64,000 bases of DNA from an uncultured virus (IMG/VR IMGVR_UViG_3300025598_000032) (lineage: Duplodnaviria > Heunggongvirae > Uroviricota > Caudoviricetes). Positions 21,001 through 31,282 of this stretch are shown one piece after another. Numbering within the stretch: the stretch's first letter is position 1; the number at the start of each line of letters is the position of its first letter. The notes beneath the pieces are model-generated. The model worked only from the letters and a program-made list of their open reading frames with translations. It was not told the origin of the DNA and ran no database searches. Where the stretch lies: IMG/VR virus record IMGVR_UViG_3300025598_000032. One strand, 5' to 3'. A program made the translations under genes and the position numbers.

Positions 21001-22424
21001 AGCAAATGGCAACTGCAGGACTGTTTTTTAACAATAACGGATCAACATCTGACGGATATTTTGTTGAGTTGGTACAATTTAATACCATTAACAATAAAAC
21101 AGCAGGACCATTCTATACTGTATATAACCCTCCTGTATATACATATTTAATTTCTATCTCAAAGATTATTTCAGGAACTTTAACCCAGATCGCCTGGGCT
21201 GATGTAACAGGAACAGTTAACAATCTTATTTTAAATAATCAACAAGTTTTTTCAAAACAAACAAGTTCTAAAGGAGCTGTAAGTTATACAACTGTATCTG
21301 ATAATGTATTTAATTTAAGAGTAGTACATTGGACTTCAGACGGAACAGATGCTACAAACTCAACAGGAGAAGACAGCGGTCAATTAATTAAAGTATTTTT
21401 AAATAATTGTTTAGTAACAGGGTTTCAAGTTCCTGCTACAGTAACTACCCCCTTACTTACACCAAACTGGAAAGCCACAGATAAAAACTCATCTACTGGC
21501 TTAAGAAAAAATGTTGTATTAAGCTCAACAGGATTTAACACAACTAATAAATATTTTGGTTTTTGCACATCAACATACCCATTTGGTATTGCAGGAAGTC
21601 AAACCGTATCTGGGGGCGTTTCTTCAACTGTAGTTCCTGCAAACTTAAGAGAAATTTATGCTAACGAAAAAATTCTTTGGGAGCGTAGTGTAAATTATTG
21701 GTATCAAGATAGAGAATTTTTAAATGCAATCGTCCAAAAAGAAAATATTTTTAATAAATATAGAAGTTATATAATGCAAACAAATCCAGAGATTGTGGGT
21801 GTTAATGTTTATGATCTTCAATATTCTAATCCTGCAGCAGTAACATCAGATAGTTATTGGGGAGGTTATTTATTACAGTACTACCCTGGAACAGAAGTTT
21901 ATGATCAAGCATATAAGCAACAACAAGTTATTGATGAATATGGGTTGTCTTTTTCAACAGTTTTAAATACAGGTTTTAGAGCAAAAATGGCTATAACAAA
22001 CAATAAAAATCAAATGATTTATTTAGCTCATAAGCCAGACTCAAACATTAATGTTGATTCAAGATTTACTATTTGGACTCATGAAATTGTTGGTCCCGCT
22101 GACCCTCAAGTTTTACAGGTTGTAACTGATCCGTCAAATGCTACAGAAGTTGCACAGGTAGACTCTTCATGGATTCAATCTGCCGAATCAGCTAATAAAC
22201 TTATATCATTAATGGCTAAAGGATTTGACGGGTTTGCAAAAGATACAACTATACAATTATTTGGCAACCCTTTAATTCAAGTAGGAGATGTTATAACAAT
22301 TAATTATTCTTTGTCTAAAATTAATCAACAAAAATATGCCGTACATTCAGTTTCCCAAGCATTTAATCAGGGACTTAAAACCACATTAGTCCTTAATCAA
22401 ATTGACAAGGGGGTATCTTACTAA
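18048..22424 (+). CDS. Large minor tail/baseplate hub (Tal-like) protein
   Basis: 1458 aa; IGAYIDEYGIMRF and C-terminal FGNPLIQVGDVITI hub motifs. Confidence 0.75.
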   Translation: MLSNVNSNIFLNSNSIELQPVISAEWNHNLFNAPYITVAGSGTPVNPTLQSGSITTGGIDSQLPGFSVNSFTLAAGNRTASGNVVYTASGLSSPAYKVVIYFKTNNNLPISINGYGKGQSNTQYGSSYIETNSYGWTKLETYIGGYNSSDTITTLNYTISANSLNSDSTATTVYFTPPQFFATTFFDYQYHSLWPTDSAFTYFRPGESYVTTGNSNAPVPSTFRKINRSSNILNGYAGSAYSPVSAISQSPSFTMAKQPVPLYKNSLPNEMATYKYFVSDTSSQQIAALYSQNINVNKIVIKFNTLMSYPQFSLYINGSAVIVDGSTTITPVANADGYINGVVTLYWNGSAWTKTRWTTMPKFNSSGALTTYTTVNWISVQQLSSTATTDFSGYSNSNFTSDLSRMQLIEVSPRLEIDLTDFVKDVTINKSLDSKNNFVPISSINADDATINLSAIPIALSNGFVPIFSSQSNLSTNVLSNMLRKNIKFYTGWTLKSYFDSTANNFVQPNGSTGTYIPGGVFYSDSWDETDIKDVKITAYDITRYLQTTPVSDYAANLKPVFDVISNILELSGFSDYDADSLYDVCSDYTTPLDLSYFYANGRDSTIVDVLSEIFLAYQIGAYIDEYGIMRFKSLSQILNTKSSNITISDSSILQGGYTVLNKAKPGKLSLRYQVPKIKQTLAMQNATDPSARNSPSYVLTTSNDIMWSQETADSVGFNYLYSNMAETDNAYTINTNDLLDLFHTFTLSNNGYAVIEDELVSFVYKEYKLSQYSNQSNSTYVSVKNDIELNAEVNRFIKKYSVGLLSSNYSQITGASGNGSTITFTANNSFQTGQKVSVVGVIPAGYNGTGKILSATSSTFTVSGVTTSSYVSGGQATVSSDYDILVQPTGRVTNVQRGLFGTVPKAHSLASSASSKGLLEASINSSNVMSTGTTRTSVVTATAPLPTITKLAVSAPSATKCLVYPSQQDVGYHTYSVKFDLTNQQMATAGLFFNNNGSTSDGYFVELVQFNTINNKTAGPFYTVYNPPVYTYLISISKIISGTLTQIAWADVTGTVNNLILNNQQVFSKQTSSKGAVSYTTVSDNVFNLRVVHWTSDGTDATNSTGEDSGQLIKVFLNNCLVTGFQVPATVTTPLLTPNWKATDKNSSTGLRKNVVLSSTGFNTTNKYFGFCTSTYPFGIAGSQTVSGGVSSTVVPANLREIYANEKILWERSVNYWYQDREFLNAIVQKENIFNKYRSYIMQTNPEIVGVNVYDLQYSNPAAVTSDSYWGGYLLQYYPGTEVYDQAYKQQQVIDEYGLSFSTVLNTGFRAKMAITNNKNQMIYLAHKPDSNINVDSRFTIWTHEIVGPADPQVLQVVTDPSNATEVAQVDSSWIQSAESANKLISLMAKGFDGFAKDTTIQLFGNPLIQVGDVITINYSLSKINQQKYAVHSVSQAFNQGLKTTLVLNQIDKGVSY

Positions 22425-22474
22425 AATGGCTCAAAAATGGTATAATTTATATATAAATAAGAAGAGGTTAATAA

Positions 22475-22972
22475 ATGGCGTATATTAAGATTTCAGATCC
22501 AAATATCATTGATTTGGCTGCCTGGCACCAAGTTATTAATGTTGTAAATCAACATAGCGATAGTCTTGCATCTATTACTAATAATTTTGGCATAACCAGT
22601 TCCATTACGTGGTCAGCAACACAATACGCACATCAGTACGACCCTGCCTCACAAGCTATTATTTTTGGTCGTGCATCATCTTATACACCAGACAACTCCA
22701 ATACACCTACGGTTTATTATGGGTCTGTTACTTTTGCTGATTCAAACACAGGAACAAATTCTTTTTCTGATACCCCTATTGTAACTGCAACAATTTTTAC
22801 AGGAAACCCCCCAAGCGGAGTAGTGGGCACTACACTAGATGACCTTGTTATTCAAGTTTATAACGTAAATGCAACAGGATTTTATTATAGACTTTATAGA
22901 ACTGGAACAGCAAAACTTGTCACTGGAACCGTTTATATTAATTGGATGGCAATCGGTCCAAGATCATCATAG
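22475..22972 (+). CDS. Minor tail protein with H-type-lectin-like C-terminal beta domain
   Basis: SFSDTPIVTAT...NVNATGF...INWMAIG. Confidence 0.55.
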   Translation: MAYIKISDPNIIDLAAWHQVINVVNQHSDSLASITNNFGITSSITWSATQYAHQYDPASQAIIFGRASSYTPDNSNTPTVYYGSVTFADSNTGTNSFSDTPIVTATIFTGNPPSGVVGTTLDDLVIQVYNVNATGFYYRLYRTGTAKLVTGTVYINWMAIGPRSS

Positions 22973-22984
22973 TGGGAGGGATAA

Positions 22985-25900
22985 ATGCAGTCAACGCCAA
23001 AATCTGATAATGCAGCTCCTAAAAAGCCAACGCTTTTTATTCCTGCAGGTGACCCACGTTTAAAAACACCACTTGCTTTAGCAAATGCTTTTTCAAAAAG
23101 TAATGCTGAAATTCAAACTTTAAATAATTTTAATTTACAATCTATTTCATTAAGTGCATTATCGTCTTCAGCATCTGCAAGTATAAATTTGCCTTCAAGC
23201 CCTGGCAGCGGTAATAGCGGTGGTGGGGGAAATGTAACTCAAGCAAATGCTCCATTACAAGTAACAAATCTTACAGCTAATTACTCTGGAGATAACATTG
23301 TTACAACTTTTACATTTGATACAACAGACTTAGCAAACTATTATTTTTCTTCATTTATTATTCAAGTTTATAACCCAAACACAAGCTCATGGATTCCGCT
23401 ACAAACTTTTTCTCCAGAGTCTTTAAATAAATCAAGTTCTTCTCAATCTTTAACAATTAATCCTTCGCAGCTTTCTTATACAGGACTTTCAAACCTTACT
23501 ATATTTACCCAAATTGAAATTGCAACTTTTGCAGCACAATTTACAAATGGATATGTTCAGTCTAATACTTTTTCATATGTCTGTGATCTTCCAGCACCAG
23601 TTATTACAGTATCTCATTCAGTCGCTTCTTATACAGTAACAATTACAAATTTTGCAACTTTACAAACATATTCGGATTTTTATGATGTAATAATTCAAGA
23701 ATTTATTAGTAATGATACTTTGTCTCAAGTTCAAGCAGAGGATACTGCAAAAACATCAATTTGGAATCAAGCAGGTCCTTACACAATAACTAATACAGAA
23801 ACAATTTTGGCAGCAGACGGAAATCATCGTTGGGTTCGTGCTTATGCACAATCAAAATCTGGTGGGCAATCTCCAGCATCAAATTATGTTGATGTTACTC
23901 CAGATGCTTTAAACCCAAGTAATTTAACTGCACCAAATAACGTAACATCTGCAACCGCTGCATGGAGTGGTAATAATGTTGTAATTACATTTGCACAAGC
24001 ATCTAGTAATCCTGGGTCAAATATAAATGTAAGTCTTGTCCCAGTTATTAATGGTAATGCAAGTACAACTATTTTTGGTGTATTTACTAAACCTTTGGTT
24101 TCTGGGGCAACTACTTTTACAATTAATCAACAACAACTGTTAGGGTATTTTGGGCAATATTACATTTCTTTTCAAGCTCACGTATATACAACTTCTCAAC
24201 AAAATGTTCCAAGTACTACAACAATAGATATTGCTACATTCTCACAAACAAATACTTTGGCGGGAGTAACTCCAACAGCATCAATAGTTAATACTGTAGA
24301 TGGATATGGAGTTAATTTTAGCTTAGGTACAACAGGTGCCGATTATGGAGAAGTTTATCAATTTTATCAAAATCCAACATTTTTAATTTCTGTTTTAGAT
24401 CCACCAGATTACATAGATGCCACATACGTATCTGGATCAGGTACAAGCACACTTGTGGTAAATAATTTAACTTATGAAGGTGGCGGAATGTCAATACCTT
24501 CAGCAACAGATCCAACTCAATATTTTGGTTATCAAATTACTGGCTCTAATTTGCCATCAAGTGCAAACGTTTTTGTATCCGCAATTACTTATAATTCTGG
24601 AACACAACAATATAGTTTAAGTCTTTCATATTATAATTCAAGCGGTACATTAACTCCATACTTTCTTTCCTCCGCAACTGGAAACTATCATATGCAATCT
24701 TTGGTATATTCAGGAGTTGGACCAGCTTCTGTTTATAATACTCTTTACACTAACTCTTTATACATAGTTGTAGCTTATTATACATACGGCGGATTTAGAA
24801 CTAATAACTCTTACCCAACATATTCTTATATAGCAAATCCAATTAATCCTGCACAAAGCGTTATTTCTAATTCTGTTCAAATTGGCTCAGGTGGTGCAAT
24901 TTATGTAGGTGCATCAGCAACAACAGGGTCAAGAATAGTTTTAGGACCTTCAGGTAATAAAGGTCCTGACGGTTCATCTGCTTATTCAGGAATATTTGCA
25001 TTTGACTACGGATCAGCATCAAGCACTGCAGCAAGCACAGCAATTATTACAAATCCAGGTGCAAGCGGTTATACTTTTGAAACAACAAATGCAAAAATTG
25101 CAGATTGGGTAATTGGATCAAGTTCAATTCAAAATACTTTAAATTCAGCATCTAATTATGTTGGAATGTCTGCAACGGGCACGTATTCGTTTTGGGCGGG
25201 ATCATCAACAAGTGGTGGAGACGCTCTTGCAAACTTTTCAGTAACTCCTCAAGGTGCTGTTGTAGCAAGAAAAATTAGTATTTATGGTACGGGAATATCT
25301 ACCGACACCCTTATAAGTGCAGGATCAGGAACATTTACAGTTAAAGGTGATGGATCGGTAACTGCTTCAAATGCAACAATAACTGGTACTTTAAATGTAA
25401 GCTTGCCTTCAACATTTGATTCTAATATTAATATGACTTCAAATGGAATTTTTTCAGCATTTGGAACGCTTGCAGATGGAACAACAGCAGCAACACAAAC
25501 AACAGGATCAAGTGTTCAGATTCGTGGCGGAGGATTTACAGATCAATTAAGTCGTTCAATATATGGTGGACTTTTTGCTTATGATACATCACACAATATT
25601 ACAACATGGATTGTATCTAAACCAATTCCATTTACTTTAAATGGAAGAACAACTGGCTTTACATTTCAAACAAATGCAGCACTTTTAGGAACGTCAGAAG
25701 GCACGGGATGGATTGTTCAAGATTCAACAATACAATCAGGTAATGGAAAAATTACTTTAGATGCAAGTGCAAAAACAATTAATGTTCTTGCAGGAGATAA
25801 TAATGGATACGGCGTTACATTAAGTGCTGCTGCTACAGCAGCAGGCGGTACAGGAGGAATACCAACAGGTTATGCAATTCAAGCAGGACTAACAGGTAAT

Positions 25901-26431
25901 CCAAACTTTACAGTAGATCATAAAGGAACTCTTACCGCAACGGGTGCAATAATTAATGGTGTTTTAAAATCTAGTGCGTCAGCAACAGGATCAACCACCT
26001 CATCTCTGCCAGGTTATTATTTTAATAATGCTGATGGCTCATTTATTTTAGGTGAAGCAAATACTTATATTCAATATGCAGGAAGTGGAAATCCAATTTA
26101 TATGACCACAACTATTCCATCAGGGTATTATGTAGGTTCAGATGGAAATTATCATAGTCAACCACAAACACAAACATTATCTTTAAGTCAAAGCGGTCTT
26201 CATATTAATGGTTTAAGCGTGTACGGAGATGATACAAGACTTTCAAGCATTTCAAGTTCTTATTCTCCATTTACAAGAGTTATTCAGTATGCACCACAAA
26301 ATCAAACTTACGGAAACACTCAAATGATTGGTGGAGATGCGGTAACTGGATTTGCTGTATATTATGGAAATCATTCACCTGTAGGTTCTACTGGCACAGG
26401 TTTTAGTGGAGATTTTTGGGTACAAATTTAA
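22985..26431 (+). CDS. Tail fibre/spike protein (Ig/FN3-like N-terminal half, beta-rich shaft)
   Basis: 1148 aa S/T/G-rich; FSVTPQG / FTVKGDG / FTVDHKG repeats; ends GDFWVQI. Confidence 0.7.
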   Translation: MQSTPKSDNAAPKKPTLFIPAGDPRLKTPLALANAFSKSNAEIQTLNNFNLQSISLSALSSSASASINLPSSPGSGNSGGGGNVTQANAPLQVTNLTANYSGDNIVTTFTFDTTDLANYYFSSFIIQVYNPNTSSWIPLQTFSPESLNKSSSSQSLTINPSQLSYTGLSNLTIFTQIEIATFAAQFTNGYVQSNTFSYVCDLPAPVITVSHSVASYTVTITNFATLQTYSDFYDVIIQEFISNDTLSQVQAEDTAKTSIWNQAGPYTITNTETILAADGNHRWVRAYAQSKSGGQSPASNYVDVTPDALNPSNLTAPNNVTSATAAWSGNNVVITFAQASSNPGSNINVSLVPVINGNASTTIFGVFTKPLVSGATTFTINQQQLLGYFGQYYISFQAHVYTTSQQNVPSTTTIDIATFSQTNTLAGVTPTASIVNTVDGYGVNFSLGTTGADYGEVYQFYQNPTFLISVLDPPDYIDATYVSGSGTSTLVVNNLTYEGGGMSIPSATDPTQYFGYQITGSNLPSSANVFVSAITYNSGTQQYSLSLSYYNSSGTLTPYFLSSATGNYHMQSLVYSGVGPASVYNTLYTNSLYIVVAYYTYGGFRTNNSYPTYSYIANPINPAQSVISNSVQIGSGGAIYVGASATTGSRIVLGPSGNKGPDGSSAYSGIFAFDYGSASSTAASTAIITNPGASGYTFETTNAKIADWVIGSSSIQNTLNSASNYVGMSATGTYSFWAGSSTSGGDALANFSVTPQGAVVARKISIYGTGISTDTLISAGSGTFTVKGDGSVTASNATITGTLNVSLPSTFDSNINMTSNGIFSAFGTLADGTTAATQTTGSSVQIRGGGFTDQLSRSIYGGLFAYDTSHNITTWIVSKPIPFTLNGRTTGFTFQTNAALLGTSEGTGWIVQDSTIQSGNGKITLDASAKTINVLAGDNNGYGVTLSAAATAAGGTGGIPTGYAIQAGLTGNPNFTVDHKGTLTATGAIINGVLKSSASATGSTTSSLPGYYFNNADGSFILGEANTYIQYAGSGNPIYMTTTIPSGYYVGSDGNYHSQPQTQTLSLSQSGLHINGLSVYGDDTRLSSISSSYSPFTRVIQYAPQNQTYGNTQMIGGDAVTGFAVYYGNHSPVGSTGTGFSGDFWVQI

Positions 26432-29400
26432 ATGGGCATGTTTGTAAAACAGGGAAGCACCTGGAAGCCATTAACTAATCTTTTTGTTAAACAAGGAACT
26501 GTTTGGAAAGTTGTAAAATATGCTTATGTAAAAATAGGCTCAGTATGGACATTATTTTGGCCAAAAGCTGGTCCTTATACAACAACGGCACCTTATATAT
26601 CATTAGATTCTGCAGGCAATAACCAACCTTCTGGCTACACCTTAAATACTGGTAGTACAGTTTATTTACAAAAAGGAACATGGAATAGAAACGGCTATAC
26701 AATATCTTCATACTCTTACACATTTGGAACAAGCAGCAACTCAACGCCTGGAACTGGTGGTACTACAACATATGATTCGGGAAGTTTAATAAATTATGCA
26801 CAAGAAACTTTAACTAGTTCAATATATGACGGACTATATGTTGTTGGAACAATTACTGCAAATACCACAACAACTGGGGTAACTGGATCAGATAGTACAG
26901 ATTCAAATAATTACAGGTATTTTGTATGTAGAAAATATCCTCCTACAGAAGCTTCAGGATATTCCCCTGCAATTTCATCAAGTCCAACAACAACTGAAAC
27001 TGTTGTATCGGGTGGAGATTTAGCAGTAAGAGGTGCTAATTCATTCACATATACAAATTATTGGAATGGAACATCAGACTATTTACCCGACTCAACAAGA
27101 AGCTTTATTGTTTGGTATGTAAGTCCAAATTATTATACATCTGCTTCTGCAATTGTTTTGGGAGCAACACAACTAACATCTTCTACAGCTCAAATTAATA
27201 CTCCTTATCCAAGCAATAATGGAACAATATATTCAACATCATCTACTTTAATTCCAAATACCATTAGTTCAGGATCTTATTATTATGCAGTTGAATATCA
27301 ATATAACAGTAATACTGATTTTGCAACAACAGGGCCAACAATAAAATTTGCTTATGTTGGGCCAATTAATAATTCTCCAACTCCAACAACATATCCAACT
27401 TTAACCGCAACAACACCATCGGGATATATTGGAAATCAAAATTCATTTACTGTAGGAGCCACAGTTACTGGAAATACAGGATATTGGAGTCCAACTCCAA
27501 ATGGCTCATATCCTATTATTTCTTCATTTAAATATTCAACATCAAGCAATATATCTTTATCAAATCAAGGTAGTTGGAATGTAGTTACATCACCTGGAGT
27601 AGAAGGTGGTTTTCAAAGTTCATATCAAGGACAAAACACTTCTTTTACATTAGGAGGTTTGGTAACAAGTTCTACGGGATCTGCAGGTAAATATTTAGAA
27701 TATTTTGTAACTGCAGAAAACGGAAATGGAGCAAACTCTTCTTCTGATTTTGCTACAAATGCACAATTAATTTATCCTACGCCAAATGCTCAAAGTATTG
27801 TTCTTATGACTTGGACTTCTGACAATGCAGCAAACGTAACGTGGAGCAGTTTATATACTTCTGATCATTATCAATTAACCTATTCTACATCTAGCACAAC
27901 ATCTTCTGGTACTTGGACCCCAATTGGATCAGTTCAATACACGTCGGGTTCTGCAATAGCATATTCAGGTCTTCCATCAGGCACATATTACTATAGTGTA
28001 ATATCATATAACGCAGATGGCGTAGGAATATATGGACCAGTATTTTCTTATAACTCTACTCCACCTCCAGATGCCCCAACATTTACTTATGATTATGGTT
28101 CACAAAATTTATATAACGGAACAATAACTGCTACTGCAAATAAATCAACAAGTATTTCAGCAACAGTTTATAGGTCGGGATCTTCAAGCTGGGGCACAAC
28201 CATTACTTATGACACCGCATACTCCTCTGGAACAAATAAGTTGTATTACAGCATACCAACATCAGGATATTATTATTTATATGTTACTGCTACAAACTCC
28301 TACGGCTCAACAAGTGCTTATTCAATAATTAATAACTCTACAATATTTTATGCGGGAATTCCAATAGGTACTGCATATCAATCAGTTTCTGCAAGTACAA
28401 CAGCCTTAGAAATAGATTTAAGCTGGACACCAGCTACTTGGCAAACATATTCTCCATATACTGGAGATAACGTAACTTATAGAAATAACAATGCTTCATA
28501 TGAAGTTTATAGATCAACATCTAGTTCAACTCCTGCAAACTCTGTTACTCCAACTTATACAGGATTAACAGGCTCATCTTATGCAGATACATTAAGCTTA
28601 TCTAGTTCAACAACATATTATTATTGGATTCGTGGAAGAAATACCGAAACTTATTCGGGTTGGCAATCAATGGGTAATGCAACAACTTATACTCCGCCAA
28701 GTCCTCAACCATTTACAACTATATCTGGAACAAAAGCTTATCCTACTGGGGCAACACAAAGTTATTCAGAGCCTACTCAAAATAGAACGCTAACAACTTC
28801 TTGGAATGCATCAACAAATGCCACATATTATGAAGTTCAATATGAAGGAAGTAATGATAACTCTACATGGACAGTGCTGCAATCTTTAGCTGGTGCACCA
28901 TATTTAACAACAACTTCAAATACATATGCTGCTGCATATTATAGATACTATAGATATACAGTAAGAGCAAGAGATGCAGCAAGAACTTTAAGTACGGCAG
29001 CATATAGCGATTATGGAAGCTCGGGAAGTCTTGTTTACTATTATATTACAGGATCAAATCCCTCTACACCAAGCATTAATTCAGTTACACCAGGAACAGG
29101 GTCATCTTATAACAGTGCACTTGTAAATTATAGTTTCCCCTCCAATCCTGGGTCAAACACAATTGATTGGAACTATTGGTCATTAGATAATGCAACTTGG
29201 AATCAAGTATATGCAACTAGCTTTACAATATCTTCTTTATCTGCAAGTACTGGTTATTATGTTTATATGAGATCTATGAACTACGATATGCTGTATTCAG
29301 GTTCAACATATCAGTATTTTGTTACAAATGCTGCTCCAGTTTATTATACTGTGACATGGAATGCAAATGGAGGAACAGTATCTCCTGCATCATCTACGCA

Positions 29401-30103
29401 ATCTACGGTAGGTGGCTCAGTTACTGCGCCAACTCCAACTCTTTCAGGATACAGTTTTAATGGTTGGTATAACGCTGCTTCAGGAGGATCGCTTATTGTA
29501 AATGGCGGAGGTTCTTATACTCCATCATCTAATACAACTCTTTATGCTCAGTGGACATATATTCATGTTTACCCTACAATATCATCAACATTAAGCGTAA
29601 GCAGCATAACAACAACCAGTGCAGTAATAAGCTGGTCTCAAACTAATGCTTCTTATGATTATTTAAATGGAACAACTTACTTAGGATTAGCCACATCTAC
29701 AACTTTAACAGGCTTGTCTTCAAGTACAGCATACTCAGGATATGTTACTGTTTATTCTACAACTGGTGATACCGCAACGGGATATTATAGCTTTACAACG
29801 GCAGCAGCGGGAGTCAAACCATCAGCACCTACTGGATTATACGGAAGCGATGATATATCCCCACATGGAGGACACTTTTACTTTACAGCATCATCTACTG
29901 GTACTGCTCCAATTACATATTATTTTGTTGTTACCAAATCAACAACTTTAAATGGAACATACTCAACCTACTCATCAAGTTCAACTGCTGGAACTTCTAT
30001 TACTGTTAATTCTACAGGATATTTTAAATGTTCTGTGTATGCATCAAATGCCTACGGAACAAGTAGTACTGTCAGCACATCAACTGGAGTTCAATTCACA
30101 TAA
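26432..30103 (+). CDS. Adhesin/receptor-binding protein with FN3-like domains and an InlB B-repeat (Listeria-Bacteroides repeat)
   Basis: YTVTWNANGG...PTLSGYSFNGWY...LYAQW; several FN3-like YYYxVxAxN motifs; N-terminal VKxGxxW x3. Confidence 0.7.
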   Translation: MGMFVKQGSTWKPLTNLFVKQGTVWKVVKYAYVKIGSVWTLFWPKAGPYTTTAPYISLDSAGNNQPSGYTLNTGSTVYLQKGTWNRNGYTISSYSYTFGTSSNSTPGTGGTTTYDSGSLINYAQETLTSSIYDGLYVVGTITANTTTTGVTGSDSTDSNNYRYFVCRKYPPTEASGYSPAISSSPTTTETVVSGGDLAVRGANSFTYTNYWNGTSDYLPDSTRSFIVWYVSPNYYTSASAIVLGATQLTSSTAQINTPYPSNNGTIYSTSSTLIPNTISSGSYYYAVEYQYNSNTDFATTGPTIKFAYVGPINNSPTPTTYPTLTATTPSGYIGNQNSFTVGATVTGNTGYWSPTPNGSYPIISSFKYSTSSNISLSNQGSWNVVTSPGVEGGFQSSYQGQNTSFTLGGLVTSSTGSAGKYLEYFVTAENGNGANSSSDFATNAQLIYPTPNAQSIVLMTWTSDNAANVTWSSLYTSDHYQLTYSTSSTTSSGTWTPIGSVQYTSGSAIAYSGLPSGTYYYSVISYNADGVGIYGPVFSYNSTPPPDAPTFTYDYGSQNLYNGTITATANKSTSISATVYRSGSSSWGTTITYDTAYSSGTNKLYYSIPTSGYYYLYVTATNSYGSTSAYSIINNSTIFYAGIPIGTAYQSVSASTTALEIDLSWTPATWQTYSPYTGDNVTYRNNNASYEVYRSTSSSTPANSVTPTYTGLTGSSYADTLSLSSSTTYYYWIRGRNTETYSGWQSMGNATTYTPPSPQPFTTISGTKAYPTGATQSYSEPTQNRTLTTSWNASTNATYYEVQYEGSNDNSTWTVLQSLAGAPYLTTTSNTYAAAYYRYYRYTVRARDAARTLSTAAYSDYGSSGSLVYYYITGSNPSTPSINSVTPGTGSSYNSALVNYSFPSNPGSNTIDWNYWSLDNATWNQVYATSFTISSLSASTGYYVYMRSMNYDMLYSGSTYQYFVTNAAPVYYTVTWNANGGTVSPASSTQSTVGGSVTAPTPTLSGYSFNGWYNAASGGSLIVNGGGSYTPSSNTTLYAQWTYIHVYPTISSTLSVSSITTTSAVISWSQTNASYDYLNGTTYLGLATSTTLTGLSSSTAYSGYVTVYSTTGDTATGYYSFTTAAAGVKPSAPTGLYGSDDISPHGGHFYFTASSTGTAPITYYFVVTKSTTLNGTYSTYSSSSTAGTSITVNSTGYFKCSVYASNAYGTSSTVSTSTGVQFT

Positions 30104-30129
30104 TATGTTATACTTTAAAAGGAGGAAAA

Positions 30130-30360
30130 ATGGCTAATTATCAGTTTATAACTATTGAAGATAAAAAGAGTTTAGTGCAAGAAAGACTTTTAGGCACAGA
30201 AAAATTAATATACAATCTTAATTTAGATAAACAATCATCTCAAGAACAAGAAAATGATGTAATTGACACTCAAATATCTCAATTAACAGATTATATAAAT
30301 ATTTTACAAAAAATTTTAAACGATTTAAATAATAATATTGACAATATTAATCAATATTGA
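30130..30360 (+). CDS. Small coiled-coil protein (possible fibre chaperone)
   Basis: AGGAGG RBS; resembles the next ORF (ITIEDKKSLVQERL vs LSPEEKLQIAEQHM). Confidence 0.55.
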   Translation: MANYQFITIEDKKSLVQERLLGTEKLIYNLNLDKQSSQEQENDVIDTQISQLTDYINILQKILNDLNNNIDNINQY

Positions 30361-30381
30361 TATAATAGAAAAGGAGGAAAA

Positions 30382-30636
30382 ATGACTATTAACTTATCAC
30401 CAGAAGAAAAGTTGCAGATTGCCGAGCAACACATGAAGACAGTTTTATTTTCTGAATATAATGCTCAACTTAGCTTAATTGAAGCTAAAGCTGCATCTAC
30501 TCCAAATCAATCAAACATTGATTCTTTAAATGCACAAGCAAAAGATATTGCTGCTCAAAAAGCTGCACTTCAAGCTGAAGTAGATGCACAAAATGCAGCA
30601 ATTGCAGCAGCAGATTCAGCAACTACAGCCAAATAA
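30382..30636 (+). CDS. Small coiled-coil protein
   Basis: AGGAGG RBS; promoter TTGACA 30338-17 nt-TATAAT 30361. Confidence 0.6.
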   Translation: MTINLSPEEKLQIAEQHMKTVLFSEYNAQLSLIEAKAASTPNQSNIDSLNAQAKDIAAQKAALQAEVDAQNAAIAAADSATTAK

Positions 30637-30650
30637 AGAAACAGGATCAA

Positions 30651-31271
30651 ATGAATAAATCAGTGTTAGCACCAGGAATTGTGGTGTATAAAAACGTTTT
30701 GCCACAAGCATCTAATATTATTAAGTTATTAGAAAATGCTGCCTCAAAAGAAATGTTTTTTTGGGCAAAAGGCTCAGTTGTTAAAGAAAAAAATGGAATG
30801 AAGTTTGATGTTGCTGATGAAAAAATTAGAGATGTAGATACATTTCAAATACCATTTTTTAATCAACTATTACAATTTGACGCAGACCCAGAAGAAGACT
30901 TTGATGCTTTTGTTAAATTAATTAATAATTATGTTTATGAACCATTAAAAGAGTGTATGGATGATTATAGAAAAGAATATGGAATTGAAGATTTTGTTGA
31001 TCAAGACAGCTACCAATTTTTAAAATATGGTGAAGGTCAGTTCTTTAATAACCACATGGATGATTGCTTAAAGTATCATAGAAGAATTTCGTATTCTATG
31101 TATTTAAATGAAGATTATGAGGGCGGGGAAATTAATTTTCCACGCTACGGTCTATCAATTAAGCCAAAAGCACACGACATGGTTATATTTCCAGCAGGCT
31201 ATACATTCAATCACTCAGTATCCACGGTAACAAAAGGAACTCGTTACTGCATTGTTGCATGGACTAAATAG
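30651..31271 (+). CDS. 2OG-Fe(II) oxygenase, prolyl-4-hydroxylase-like
   Basis: LKYGEGQFFNNHMD (HxD), YLNEDYEGGEINF, HSVSTVTKGTRY. Confidence 0.9.
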   Translation: MNKSVLAPGIVVYKNVLPQASNIIKLLENAASKEMFFWAKGSVVKEKNGMKFDVADEKIRDVDTFQIPFFNQLLQFDADPEEDFDAFVKLINNYVYEPLKECMDDYRKEYGIEDFVDQDSYQFLKYGEGQFFNNHMDDCLKYHRRISYSMYLNEDYEGGEINFPRYGLSIKPKAHDMVIFPAGYTFNHSVSTVTKGTRYCIVAWTK

Positions 31272-31282
31272 AAAAGGTAAAA

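Noticed and set aside
26429..26434. Stop-codon readthrough fusing fibre and adhesin (in-frame TAA ATG)
   Set aside because: The same TAA-ATG abutment occurs at 36195/36196, 43331/43332 and 44129/44130 between unrelated genes, and no suppressor tRNA was seen.
18048..30103. Diversity-generating retroelement acting on tail fibres
   Set aside because: No reverse transcriptase and no template/variable repeat pair noticed in the window.
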